From positions 113,759,731 to 113,823,730 of the forward strand of contig NC_092378.1 of NCBI RefSeq assembly GCF_030028105.1: a DNA stretch of 64,000 bases. The letters run 5' to 3'. Numbering within the stretch: position 1 is the first letter of the stretch; the number at the start of each line of letters is the position of its first letter. The stretch is from Mobula birostris. Taxonomy: Eukaryota. The position numbers and the translations under genes were made by a program. The notes under the pieces were generated by a model that was given only the letters and a program-made list of their open reading frames with translations, did not search any database and was not told where the DNA came from. Shown here one piece after another: positions 33,209 to 46,375 of the stretch.

Positions 33209-34950
33209 TGATAAATGGGGTTTCAGGATTTCTGCTTCTTAAGTCCAAATATATGATTTTTGGCTTTAGAAGAAAGATTCCTGATTGTGAATTGTATCCA
33301 TATGATTCTCCACTAGAAAAGGTCAAGGTATTCAAGTCTTTAGGTGTCTGGTTTGATGAAGGACGTACTTGGAGGGTTCATATAGATAAAACAATTGGAA
33401 AGTGTGAGAAAATTTTAAATGTTATGAGAAGTATTGCTGGATGCGACTGGGGAGCAGGGCGAGAAACTATGTACTTAATATATCTAGCTATGATTACATC
33501 AGTTACTGATTATGGTTGTATTGCTTATGGTTCCACTGCTACGGCAGTGCTTGGAAAACTAGACACTGTGCAGTCCAAAGCACTTAGACTCTGTTGTGGA
33601 GCTTTTAGAACAACATCAGTCCCGGCATTATGTGTGGAGATGGGAGAAGTGCCTCTATATTTAAGACGAGTTCAGTTGGGCCTGCAGTATTGAGCAAAAC
33701 TAAATGGATTCAATCACAGCTGTCCGCTAAAGTGTCTTTTGCAGGGGAAGTCGGAGCGCCAAAGTAAAATTAAGAGATATCTATTTTTAGATTTGGTTAC
33801 TAACTGGGCTGTGAAATTGAAAGTGACTGAGGAAGAAATAGTTGACCAAATTTGCTTGCCACCTGTCCCTTTTTGGCTCTTGCAGGAACCAGAAGTAGAC
33901 CTATTCCTCCTTTTTCAACTTCAAGGAAGCAGAGCAATTTCATCAGCGTTGATCACAAATGAATATTTAAATAATAGATGGGGATCTTATCTGAAGATTT
34001 TTACTGATGGCTCAGTGGACCCAGAGAGCAGTAGGGCAGGATTTGGGATGTATGTGTCTCAACTTGGAGTTAAGATTGGTCACAGGGTTTCAGATGGGGT
34101 TTCTGTCTTTGCAACAAAATTATTAGCAATCCTCTGGGCCTTATGGTGGATAGAAGACTCTCGACCATGCAGGGTTATCATCTGTTTGGATTCTGCCACT
34201 GCCTTAGAGTCTATAAAAGGAGTACATCAAAAGCTCGTCCTGACATAGCTATTGAGATTCTCTTAGTGTTGTTTAGCGTAGGGAAGATGGGTTGTGCAGT
34301 TAGATTTTCATGGATACCAGGGCTTGCTGGGGTGGAGGGAAATGAAATTGTGGATGGCATTACAAAGTCTTCCTTACAGAGCAGGCAAGTAGAAATTAGA
34401 GTTCCCCTAGGCAGAGCAGAATTGAGAAGTAGGATTAAAAAAGGTATAGAGAAGAAGTGGCAGGAGGATTAGAAAAATGAATTAAAGGGCAGGCATTATT
34501 TATCTAGTCACCCACTAGTTAAAAAGGTCCCAGATTGTTACCTTTTAAATTGTAGAGATATGGTAAAATTAACAAGACTTAGGTTGGGGCATTGTGAGCT
34601 AAACTATTATTTAAAGATAATAGGAAAGCATCCTACTGGATTATGTGACTGTGGTAGTCCAGAGACAGTCCAGCGTGTTTTGCTGAGCTGTAATTGATAC
34701 AAGTTTGAAAGAAGCATGTTGTTCAAGAGGCTATCTGGCTTAAATGTATTTTGGTTTTCTATTAAATCTTTGTTTGGCCATGAAGAGAACCAACATCTGA
34801 TTGAAGAGTTTATTATTCGGTTTATACGTGAGACTAGGCTACGTTCGAGAATTTGAGTTCCCTGAAGTTCTATAATTAATTATACATCCTGTGGAGGGCA
34901 GTAATATGCCTAGATGCGTCTAAACTGTCGGAAATAGAAGAAGAAGAAGA
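33209..34950 (+). mobile_element. 5'-truncated I-group (Nimb-like) LINE with RNase H
   Basis: RT thumb (KSLGVWFD, DYGCIAYGS, ALRLCCGAFRTT), RNase H (IFTDGS..WIPG..GVEGNEIVD), Cys/His finger and (GAA)n tail. TSD agaaagaatcac (33197-33208, 34951-34962). Confidence 0.88.
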
Positions 34951-34974
34951 AGAAAGAATCACAATTGTCGTTAG

Positions 34975-37900
34975 TATGAACTTCCTGCTGATCTTATGTT
35001 ATTAAGATCAAAAGAATACGTTTCAGGCTGAGACCCTTTTTCAGGACTGGAAAGGAAAGAGGAGGACACCTGAATAAAAAAGTGGCCGGGGGGGTGGTGT
35101 GGTGCGAGGGGTGCGGAGGGGAAGGATGAGCTTGAAGGTGATAGGTGAAGACAGGTGGGTGGGAAAAGTAAAGGTAATGGTCTCAAGAAGAAGGAATCTG
35201 ATAGCCGAGGACAGTGGGCCATGGAAGCAAGGGAAGAAGGAGGGACACTTTGGGGTATGATAGGCAAGTGAGGAGGGGCCAGAGTGGAGAACACAAGAAG
35301 ATGAAAGGGGCAGGAAAAAAATTACCGGAAGGAGAAATCGATGTTCATGCCAACAGGTTGGAGGCTAGCTAGATGGTGTTGCACCTCCACCCTAAGAGTG
35401 GTCTCATAGTGGACAAAGGTGAGGCCATAGACTAACATGTCAGAATGAGGACAGGAATTTAAAAAGTTGGCCATCAGAAAAATCCACTTTGGGTGAATGG
35501 AGCAGAGGTGCTTGTCAAAGCAGTCCCCTAATTTTGGATGAGTGTGTGCCCACAAAGACTTGCTGTACATTCCCAAACCAAAAGCTGTGGATGAACCAAG
35601 AGGTACATCACCTGTTGAAGGCTAGATCTGTGGCATTTAAGGCTGGCGACCCAGACCTGCACAAGAAAACCAGGTATGACTTGTAGAGGGCTATTTCTAG
35701 GGCAAAGAGACAATTTTGATCGAGGTTGGAGGCGACATCGGATATATGACAACTCTGGCAGGGTTTGCAAGACATTACTTCCTACAAAGTGAAACCCAAT
35801 ACATAGCATGAACAGCAGTGATGCTTCACTATCAGATGAAACTCTACACCTTCTATGCCCGCTTTGAGAGGGAGAATATAACTACAGCTGTGAAGACCCT
35901 GCTGCACCCAGTGACCCTGTGAACTCTGTCTCGGAGGCCAATGTTGGGCTGCCTTTAAAGAGGGTGAACACTCGCAAGGTGAGAGGCCCTGACGAAGTAC
36001 CTGGTAAGGCTCTGAAAACTTGTGCCAACCAACTGGTGGGAGTATTCAAGGACATTTTCAACCTCTCACTACTATGGGTGGAAGTTCCCACTTGCTTCAA
36101 AAAGGCAACAATTATACCAGTGCCTAAGAAGAATAACGTGAGCTGCCTTAATGACTATCGCCCGGTAGCACTCACATCGACAGTGATGAAATGCTTTGAG
36201 AGGTTGGTCATGACTAGACTGAACTCCTGCCTCAGCAAGGACCTGGACCCATTGCAATTTACCTATCACCACAATAGGTCAACAGCAGACACAATCTCAA
36301 TGGCTCTTCACATGGCCTTAGACCACCTGGACGATAGAACCACCTATGTCAGGATGCTGTTCATTGACTATAGCTCTGTATTTAACACTATCATTTCCAC
36401 AATCCTGATTGAGGAGTTACAGAACCTGGGCCTCTGTACCTCCCTCTGCAACTGGATCCTCGATTTCCTAACCAGAAGACTACAATCTGTGCGGATTGGT
36501 AAAAATATCTCCTCTTCACTGACTATCAACACTAGTGCACCTCAGGAGTGTGTGCTTAGCCCACTGCTTTGCTCTCTCTATGCTGATGACTGTATGGCTA
36601 GGCATAGCTCAAATATCATCTATAAATTTGCTGATAATACAACCATTGTTTGGTAGAATCTCAGATGGAGATGAGGGGGCGTACAGGAGTGAGATATACC
36701 AACTAGTGGAGTGGTGCCACAGCAACAACCTTGCACTCAACATCAGTAAGATGAAAGAGCTGATTGTGGACTTCAGGAAGGGTAAGACGAGGGGACACAA
36801 ACCAATCCTCACAGAGGGATCAGAAGTGGAGAGAGTGAGCAGTTTCAAGTTCCTGGGTGTCAAGATCTCTGAGGATCTAACCTGGTCCCAACATATGGAT
36901 GCAGTTATAAAGAAGGCAAGACAGCAACTATACTTCATTAGGAGTTGTAGAGATTTGGTATGTCAACAAAAACACACAAAACCTTCTATAGATGTACCGT
37001 AGAGAGCATTTTGATAGGCTGCATCACTGTCTGGTTATGGGGGCAGCGGGGGGTGGGGAGGTTCTACTACACAGGACTGAAAGAAGCTGCAGTGGATTGT
37101 AAATTTAATCATCTCCATCTTGGGTATTAGCCTACAAAGTACCCAGGGTATCTTCAAGGAGTGGTGTCTCAGAAAGACAGCGTCCATTATTAAGGACCCC
37201 CAGCACTCGAGGCATGCCCTTTTCTCACTGTTACCATCAGGTAGGAGATGCAGAAGCCTGAAGGCACACACTCAGCGATTCAGGAGCAGCTTCTTCCCCT
37301 CTGCCATCTGATTCTTAAATGGTCATTACCCCAATTTTTAAATATATATTATTAATATATATTTGCATAATTTTTAATCTAGTCAACATACATATACTGT
37401 AATTAATTTATTGGTTTATTTATTTATTATTTTTCCATTTCTTCTATATTATGCATTGCATTGAACTGCTGCTGTTAAGTTAACAAATTTCACAACACAT
37501 GTCAGTGATAATAAACCTGATTCTGATTCTAATTTACGCCAGGTCTCAACAATGTTGAGGAGGCCATATCATGAGCACCAGATACAATAGATAACCTAAC
37601 AGATTCTCAGACTTGCAGATGAATGGGCAGGTGTAGCACTTCTGTGGCTTGCAGGGTATGTGTCAGGAGGGAGACTGGGGGAAGGGATGAATGGACAAGG
37701 GAATCACGGAGACTCGGTAAAGACATGATTGGTGGCAGGATCCCCTTGAAGCTGTGGAAGTTGTGGAGAATAATGTGTGGGATACAGAGGCTAATGGGGT
37801 GGTAGGTGAGGACAAGAGAAACTCTATTCCCGTTAAGGCAGCAGGAAGATAGGGTGAGTGTGGATTTCCGGGAAATGGAGGAGATGTGGGTGGGGACAGC

Positions 37901-38070
37901 AACAATGGTGGAGGAAGGGAAGCCCCATTCTCTGAAAGAAGACATCGCTGAGGCCCTGGAAAGGAAAGCCTTATCCTGGGAACAGATGCAGTGGAGATGA
38001 AGGAACTGAGAAACAGGAGATAGGGTGAGAAGAGGCATAGTCAAGATAGCTGTGAGAATCGGTAGGTTAC
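34975..38070 (-). mobile_element. Penelope-like fragment interrupted by a Rex1 LINE
   Basis: Terminal repeat and GIY-YIG end at 34975-35534 (LQPVGMNIDFS). The element continues at 37536-38070 (SQFLHLHCICSQD, VLTYHP). Confidence 0.8.
35535..37528 (+). mobile_element. Rex1/Babar-type LINE (5'-truncated)
   Basis: [37 protein letters not shown]; (gattct)n tail; short TSD ctaattt. Confidence 0.88.
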
Positions 38071-38243
38071 AGGAGACAAGAAATTACCCTCCAGTAATGT
38101 TTTATCCTCCCTCTTACCTCTTCTTCTACTTCCTCCTCTGGCCTCTTAGCTCTTTTCATCACCTGCCTATCACCTGACCTGCTGAGTTCCTCCAGCATTT
38201 TGGGTGTGTTTCTCAGAATTTCCAGCAGTTTTTACATATAATC

Positions 38244-38660
38244 TGTAATGAAAGATTTAAACAAATAAAGAATGCTTACTCAAGCAATATATTTACAATA
38301 TTACTAAATTATTAAATACACAACACTCCCCCCTGCTCAGCTATAAACTCCAACTCAGTGTAGAATGTAACTCACTTTGCTTGGCAGGAGAGACTTGCAG
38401 CTGTGAACCAATCCTTGGTTCTGGGGCCTCCTCTGTTGTGATTACAGGAGTTGACTCTGTGACTGAAGGAAGTGTTTCTGACAGCTCTGGATGCTTTTCC
38501 TCCGGATGTGTTGGCATCTCGAACAGTGCTTGGCAAGCTGCACTGGACAATGTGAATCACAATGTGTGAGTATAGTGTCTGATGTCACCACCTCCTTTAC
38601 CCTTTGGAAAGCCACCTCATGCTGCTCTGCCCATTGCCATTATTGCTCATGATCTGAGCC
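38244..38660 (-). mobile_element. Gypsy LTR-retrotransposon 3' remnant
   Basis: Polypurine tract (38334-38326) immediately followed by TGTTG...CA (38325-38244). It is preceded by a Pro/Ser/Thr-rich integrase-tail-like ORF (38341-38550). Confidence 0.55.
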
Positions 38661-40344
38661 CAAAATATTCTAAACTTTATAACACTGTGTTGAGGCCTGG
38701 CAGATGCTCCTTGTCATTCTTAACAGCACAATTATGTCCAGTGAGCATAGGTCCAATGTAGCCAACCAGTTCTGCTTTTTTAATTTATGATTACGATCAC
38801 TGGTACTCATACATAACCCTTACATTCCTGCGATCATTCTCATAATTTTACTCTGGATTCTCTCCAAGGTCAGCACATCCCTTCTTAGATATGAGGTACA
38901 AAACTGCTGACGATACTCCGGATGTAGACTGACCAATGCCATATAAAGCCTCAGCGTTATACCCTTTCCTTATATTCTAACCCCCTGGAAACAAATGCCA
39001 ACATTGCAGTTGCCTTACTGACTCAAATTGCAAGTTAACATTTAGAAAATCCTGCATTAGGACTCCCAAGTTTCTTTGCACTGCCGATTCCTGAATTCAC
39101 CCCCATTTAGAAAATAGTCTACTCCTTTATTCCTTCTACCAAAGTGTATGACCATAGACTTCCCTTCAGTGTATTTCATCTGCCAATTCTCTGCCTATTC
39201 TCCAAATTTGTCCAAGTTCTTCTGCAGATTACCTGCATTCTCAACACTACCTGCCCCTCTACGTATCTATTTATAAACTTGGCCGCAAAGCTGTCAATTC
39301 CAACATTCAGATCATTAACATATTAACGTGAAAAATAGCAGACCCAACACTGAACTGTGCAGAACACCACTGGTCAATGGCAGCTAAGCAGGAAAGGTCT
39401 TCATTATTCCCACTCTTTGCCATCTGCCAGCCAGTCAATCTCCTGCCTATGCTGGTAATACCATGGGCTCTTACCTTGTTTAGCAGTCTTATGTGTGGCA
39501 ATTTGTAAAAGGCTTTCTGAAACTCCAAGTAAGTAAGACCATAAGACATAGGAGCAGAATCAGGCCATTCAGCCCATCAAGTCTGCTCTTCCATTTCATC
39601 ATGGCTGATCCATTTCCCTCTCAACCGCATTCTTCTGCCTTCTCCCCGTAACCTTTCATGCCCCGACTGCTCAAGAACCCGTCAACCTCCACCTTAAATG
39701 CACCCAGTGACCTGCCCTGATATAGGGTAGCTGCCTGTGGCACAGGTTCTACAGATTCACCACCCTCCGGCTAAAGAAATTCCTCCTCATCTTTGTTCTA
39801 CATACCACGTAATGGCTCTATTTTATCTATGCTGCCTGTGCTTTCCTCAAAGAATTTCAACAGATTTGTCAGGGAAGGTTTTCCCTGAAGGAAACCATGC
39901 TGATTTTGGCCTTTTTATCATGTGTTTCCAAGTACCTAGAAACCTCAGACTTAATAATGGACTCTTAATATCTTGCTAAGTGTGAAGTTGGACTAAATGG
40001 TCTATAATTTAGTGTATTTTGCCTCCCTAAGCTTCCTAAATACTGGAGTGACATTTGTGATTTTCCAGTCCTCTGGAAGCATTCCAGAATCTAGTGATTC
40101 TTAAGGATGGGGTATATAGTCCACCTAGTCTAGGTGACACAACTACCTTCAGATCTTTGAGCTTCCCAATCACTTTCTCCTTTGTGAGAGCAATTACTTT
40201 CACTTCTGCCCCTGACACTCAGATTTTTGGAATGCTGCTGGTGTCTTCCACAGTGAAGGCTGATGCAAGATACTAATTCAGTTCATCTGACATTTCTTGT
40301 TCCTCATTACTACTTCTCCAGCGTAATTTCCGGTAGTCCAAAGT

Positions 40345-41115
40345 TCATGTCCATTTCACGCACATCTGCCCTTACCCCATCCTCCCGCTACCCCCGCAGG
40401 GATAGAGTTCCTCTTTTGTTCACCTACCACCCCATCGGACTCCGTATCCGGCACATAATTCTCCGTAACTTCCATCATCTCCAATGGGATCCCACCATCA
40501 AACACATCTTTCCCTACCCCCGCTTTCTGCATTCAGTAGGGATCGCTCCCTGCACGATTCACCTCCCCACTCATCTCCCTCCTGGCACTTATCCTTGCAA
40601 GCAGAACGAGTGCTACACCTGCCCCTACACCTCTGCCTTCACTACCATTCAAGGCCCAAGCAGTCCTTCCAGATGAGGCAACACTTCACCTGTGAGTCAG
40701 TTGGGATCATCTAATGTATCCTGTGCTCCTGGTGTGGCCTCTCGTACATCAGTGAGATTTGGCATAGATTGGAAGACCGCTTCGCCGAGCACCCACACTC
40801 GATCCATTAGAAAAAGCAAGATCTCCCAATGGCCACCCATTTTAATTCCACTTCTTATTCCCATTCCGATATGTCAATTCATGGCCTTAGGCTCTTTCAC
40901 CAATCAACTCCCAGCTTTACTTCACCCCTCCTCCTCCCAGTTTCACCTATCACCTTGTGCTTCTCCCTCCCCTCCCCTCCCCCACCTTCTAATTCTGACT
41001 CCTTGTCTTTTCTTCCTCCACTCCTGCTGAAGGGACTCAGCCCAAAACATTGACTGTACGCTTTTCCATAGATGCTGTCTGGTCTGCTGAGTTCCTCCAG
41101 CATTTTGTGTGTGTT
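40345..41115 (+). mobile_element. Penelope-like 3' fragment
   Basis: RVPLLFTYHP and [15 protein letters not shown] plus the terminal repeat; homologous to 28870-29877. Confidence 0.82.
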
Positions 41116-41334
41116 GGTTGGTCCAATGTCCACTCTAGCTTCTCATTAACTCTTTATATTTCTGAAAAAATTGTTTAGCTTACCTTCATTTTTAATCTTT
41201 TCTCTTCTTATTGTTTTTTTTAAGTTACCTTTTGTTGGTTTTAAAAGCTTTCAAATCCTTATGCTTTTATTCTGTCATTGACTTCCCTTATCAGCCACAG
41301 TTGCCTCAGCCTCCCTTTGAAATGCATCTTCTTT

Positions 41335-42683
41335 CTTTTTCAATCTTTTTATTAATTTCAACATCATACACATTACAAAAAATAAATACAGAGCGATGGG
41401 GATTGTATTAATTAATAATAATTAGGTTATACAAGTGTACAGTCAAGTAACACATAGTTAGTAAACCTCCCAAAATCTTACAAATTAGCAATAGGGTATA
41501 TAAATAGTATACATAAAAATACAAAAATATCATAAAAAGACAGAAAAAGAAAAAAAAATATATCCCATTAAAAAAACTAATCTACCCAAACTAAAAGAAG
41601 ACTAAGAAAAAGAAAAAGAAAAAGAAAAGGGCTATTATGATACCTCAGATAGAACTAATAGTGTCGCCACTTCCGCTCCTCTCCCCATATATTGAAATCA
41701 CAAAATAGATTTGGCAAGGGTCAAATTACATCATGTGGAAATATTGAATAAATGGTCTCCAAGTCTCATCAAATTTAATAGATGGGTCATAAATGACACT
41801 TCTAATTTTTTTCTAGATTTAAACAAGATATAGTTTGAGAAAACCAATGAAATGTCGTAGAAGGATTAATGTCTTTCCAATTCAATAGTATAGATCTTCT
41901 AGCCATTAGAGTAACAAAAGCGATCATCCGACAAACTGAAGAGGTCAAATGATGTCTTTCTATCATTGGTAAGCCAAAGATGGCAGTAATAGGATGAGGT
42001 TGTAAATCAATATTCAAGACAGTTGAAATAATATCAAAATATCGTCCCAATATTTTTTCAATAAAGGACAAGACCAAAACATATGAATTAGTGAAACTAT
42101 CTCAGAATGACATCTATCACATATAGGGTTTATATGAGAGTAATAACAAGCTAATTTATCCTTAGACATAAGAGCCCTATGTACAACTTTAAACTGTATC
42201 AACGCATGTTTAGCACATATAGAGGAAGAGTTAACTAGTTGATAAATTTTTTGCCATTTATCAGTAGGTAAGGTAAGCTTAAGTCCCCTTTCCCAATCAT
42301 TCTTAATTGTATTCGAAACATTAGGATTTATTTTCATTATCATATTATAAATAATTGCTATTGAACCTTTCTGAAAGAGATTTAAATCCAAAATTTTTTC
42401 CATTATATCAGTAGAATAAGAAATCGGAAAGGTAGTAAGAATAGTATTTAAAATGTTTCTAATCTGTAAATATCTGAAAAAGAATGGGATCTAGGTAAAT
42501 TATATTTATTAGATAATTGTTCAAAAGACATAAAACAATTATCTAAAAATAAATCAGAAAAATGTATTATACCTTTTGTTTTCCAGACCAGTTAGGCTTG
42601 ATCCAATAAAGAGGGATGAAAAAGAAAGTTGGATACAATAGGGTTTGCTAAAATAAATTGATTCAATCCAAAAAATCTTCTGT
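41335..42683 (-). mobile_element. 5'-truncated L1 LINE
   Basis: ORF2 C-terminus (IQFKVVHR, CDRC..HMFWSC) and A-rich 3' end. 14-bp TSD aatgcatcttcttt (41321-41334, 42684-42697). Confidence 0.88.
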
Positions 42684-42960
42684 AATGCATCTTCTTTGGG
42701 ATAAACTGATCCTGCATCCTCTGAATTACTCCCAGAAACTCCATCTATTGATTATCTACCATTATCCCTGCTAGTGTCCCCTTTCAATCAACTTTGGCCA
42801 GTTCTTCTTTCATGCCTGTGCAGTTCCCTTAATTCCACTATAATACCAATACATTTGATTTTAACTTCACCCTTTCAAGCAACAGGGTGAATTCTAACAT
42901 ATTATGATTACTGTCTCCTAAGGGTTCATTTACCTTAAGCTCCCTAAGCAAATCTAGTTG

Positions 42961-42964
<4 letters not shown>

Positions 42965-42996
<32 letters not shown>
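42965..42996. repeat. (CA)n microsatellite (another at about 46090-46127)
   Basis: Direct reading of the AC dinucleotide run. Confidence 0.95.
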
Positions 42997-42999
<3 letters not shown>

Positions 43000-43444
43000 T
43001 GGAATTGCTTTTTCCCTTTTGAGCTCAACCACAAGCTGCTCTATAAAGCCATCTTGTAGGCATTCTACAAGTTCTTTCTCTTGGAATTCGGCACCAATAT
43101 GATTTTCCCAATCTACTCATATACTGATATCCCCCATGATCATTGTAACATTGCCCCTTTTGCAGGTAGCACAGCAATTAACACAGTCGCTTTACAGTGT
43201 CAGTGACCATTGATCATGGTTAATTCCTACTGCTGTCAGTAAGGAGTCTGGATGTTCTTCTTGTAACCACGTGAATTTCCTGCGGGTGCTCCAGCTTCTT
43301 CCCACATTCCTAAGACAACTGGTTAAGTTTAGTGTGTTGTAGGCGTGCTATGTTGGTGCCAGAAGCACATTGCAAAAATGACGATGCATTACGACATATT
43401 TCACTGTATGTTTTGATGTACATCTGACAAATAAAACTAATCTT

Positions 43445-46088
43445 ATGTACCTGGTAGGGGACTGAAAGCGTATGCCAACCAACTGTAGGAGTGTTCAAGG
43501 ACATTGTCAATCCCTCACTCCTGCAGTCGGAGTTTCCCACCTACTTCAAAAGGGCAACAATCATACCAGTACCCAAGAAGAGCAGGGTGAGCTGCCTCAT
43601 TGATATCACTCAATTGCACTCACATCTACTGTGATGAAGTGCTTTGAGAGGTTTGTCATGGCCAGAATCAGCTCCTGCCCAGGCAAGCACCTGGACCCAT
43701 TGCAATTTGCCTTTTACCACAATAGTGGATGCAATCTCATTGGCTCTCCACTCGGCCCTGGATCACCTGGGCAATAGCAATACCTACGTCAGGCTGCTGC
43801 TTATTAATTACAGCTCAGCATTCAACACTGTTATACCTTCAGTTCTAATCAACAAGCTCCAAATCTTAGGCCTCTGTACCTCCCTCTGCAACTGGATCCT
43901 TGACTTCCTCACTGGGAAACACAGACAATGTGGACCTCAAGGATGCGTGCCTAGCCCACTGCTTTTCTCTCTACACACATGACTGTGTGGCTAGGCACAC
44001 AGCTCAAGTGCTGTCCACAAATCTGCCGATGACACAACTATTGTTAGCAGAATTTCAGATGGCGATGAGAAGCTGTACGGGAGTGAGGTAGATCTGCTGG
44101 TTGAAGGGTGTTGCCACAACAACCTTGCATTCAGTGTCAGTAAGGCCAGAGAATTTTATTAGGAGTTTGAGAATACCTGGTATGTCACCAAGACTCTCGC
44201 AAATTTCTCATTTTCATTTTTAAATCTTTTTATTAATTATTATTGAAAATCGACAACAAAAAACATTAAACTAATCAAGTCAATATATCAATATGTATAA
44301 GAGTCAAACTATTAACCAAACTAAACAGTATATCAATAATAATAATTAAAAAAAAACAAAATGTTAAAGTTATTTTTTTTGAAAAAAGAAAGAAGGAAAA
44401 AAGCCCTTACTAACTAAAACAAAAAAAAAACCCAGCTAACAAAAAAAAAACACAAGGGAAAAAAGACCATTTGGAGTACAAACCTGGAGCTATACGCTAT
44501 ACAAGCTTCTATTAAAAAAAAGACATCAATCCGCCAACCAAATCTATTTACCCAAGAATCAGAAGGAGACCATCTTAATTAACTCAAATCAAATGATAGT
44601 AGCAGGCAAAAGAGCCCCACCTTTTCTCAAAGTCAAACCGAGGATCAAAAGTTCCTTCGAAAACTCCCCAACGTGTTGTTCCTCTTGATGCTGAAAAGGC
44701 ATTTGATAGAGTTGAATGGAAATATTTATTTAACGTTTTAGAGAAATTTAGCTGTGGTACTAATTTTAATAAGTGGATTAGAATGATATATAAAAGGCCT
44801 ACTGCCACTGTGATTACTAATAACCGTAGATCGCCCTTTTTTCGACTTTCGCGGGGTACGAGACAAGGATGTCCGTTAAGTCCTTTGTTATTTAATTTGG
44901 TGCTGGAACCTTTGGCTATTGCACTACGTGAAGCTAAGGATATTCAAGGAATTTCCATAAATGGGATTACGTATTCAAAAGATTTCCCTTTATGCTGATG
45001 ATCTCTTAGTTTATATTTCAAATCCTGAAGAATCTATTCGTAGTTTATTGAAATTATTAAATGAATTTGGAAAGTTTTCAGGATATAAATTAAATCTGCA
45101 TAAAAGCGAATTATTTCCTTTAAATGATTCTACTTTTATATATGATGATATTCCTTTTAAAGTTATAGATTCTTTTAAATATTTAGGTATTACCATCACT
45201 AAAAATTATGGAGACCCTTGTAGACCTAATTCAGTTCCCTTAGTGGATTTTATGAAGCAATTATTTTCTAGATGGAATCCTCTTACACTTTTGTTAGTTG
45301 GTCGAATTCATGCAGTTAAAATGATGATCTTACCAAAATTTTTATAAATATTTCAAAATATTCCTATTTTTTTAACTAAGAAGTTTTTTTGATCAGGTTG
45401 ATTCTATTACTTCATCTTTTGTTTGGAATAATAAAAGACCAAGAATTGGCAAATGTCATTTACAAAAATTAAAAAAGGGTGGAGGTCTTGCTTTGCCTAA
45501 TTTAAGAATGTATTATTGGGCAGTTAATATACACTATACGTGTTCTTGGTTATTTTGGACTGATAAAAATGAACGACCACCGTGGGTTGACTTGGAATTG
45601 AAAGCTGTGAAACAATTTTACTTAAGTTCATTATTAGGAGCTTCTTTACCTGTACAACTAGCCAAAATTTCTATTTTAAATATAAATCCCATGATTAAGC
45701 AGTCATTACGAATTTGGTACCAGTTTCGTAAGATTTTTAATCTTAAAAAATTTAACCTTCTTAGTTTAATTTAGCGAAACAATTTATTTAAACCATCACT
45801 TAGTGATCCTACCTTTTCTCTTTGGAGGAATAAAGGAATTTCTTCGCAAATTTCTACAGATATACCGTGCAGAGCATTCTAACTGATTGCATCAACATCT
45901 GGTATTGTTGGGGGGGGGGTGGATCTCTGTACAGGATCAGAAAAGCTGCAGAGGGTTATAAACTCAGCCAGCTCCATCATGGGCACTGACCTCTCCAGCA
46001 TCGAGGACATCTTATCATTAAGGACCCCCATCACCCAGAACATGCCCTCTTCACATTGCTACCATCAAGGAGGAGGTGCAGAAGCCTG

Positions 46089-46125
<37 letters not shown>

Positions 46126-46375
46126 ACAGTGTTTCAGGAACTGATTTTTTCCCTCCATCATCAGATTTCTGAAAGAATAATGAACCCATGTACACTTCCT
46201 CTATTTTTTTCTTTTTTTGCTCCCTTTTTGCACTACTTATTCAACTTAACATTTTACCTATATTTCTTATCGCAATTTATAGTTTAAAAATATTATGCAT
46301 TGCATTGTGCTGCTGCCACAGAACAACAGATTTCACGACATATGGCAGTGATATTAAACCCAATTCTGATTCTAA
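43445..46375 (+). mobile_element. Degenerate Rex1/Babar LINE split by an L1
   Basis: Homologous to 35998-37528 on both sides of 44209-45843. Confidence 0.8.
44209..45843. mobile_element. 5'-inverted L1 insertion
   Basis: Minus-strand 3' end at 44209-44653 joined to plus-strand RT (DAEKAFDRVEW, RGTRQGCPLSPLLF, LYADD) at 44654-45843. 12-bp TSD tcgcaaatttct (44197-44208, 45844-45855). Confidence 0.88.
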
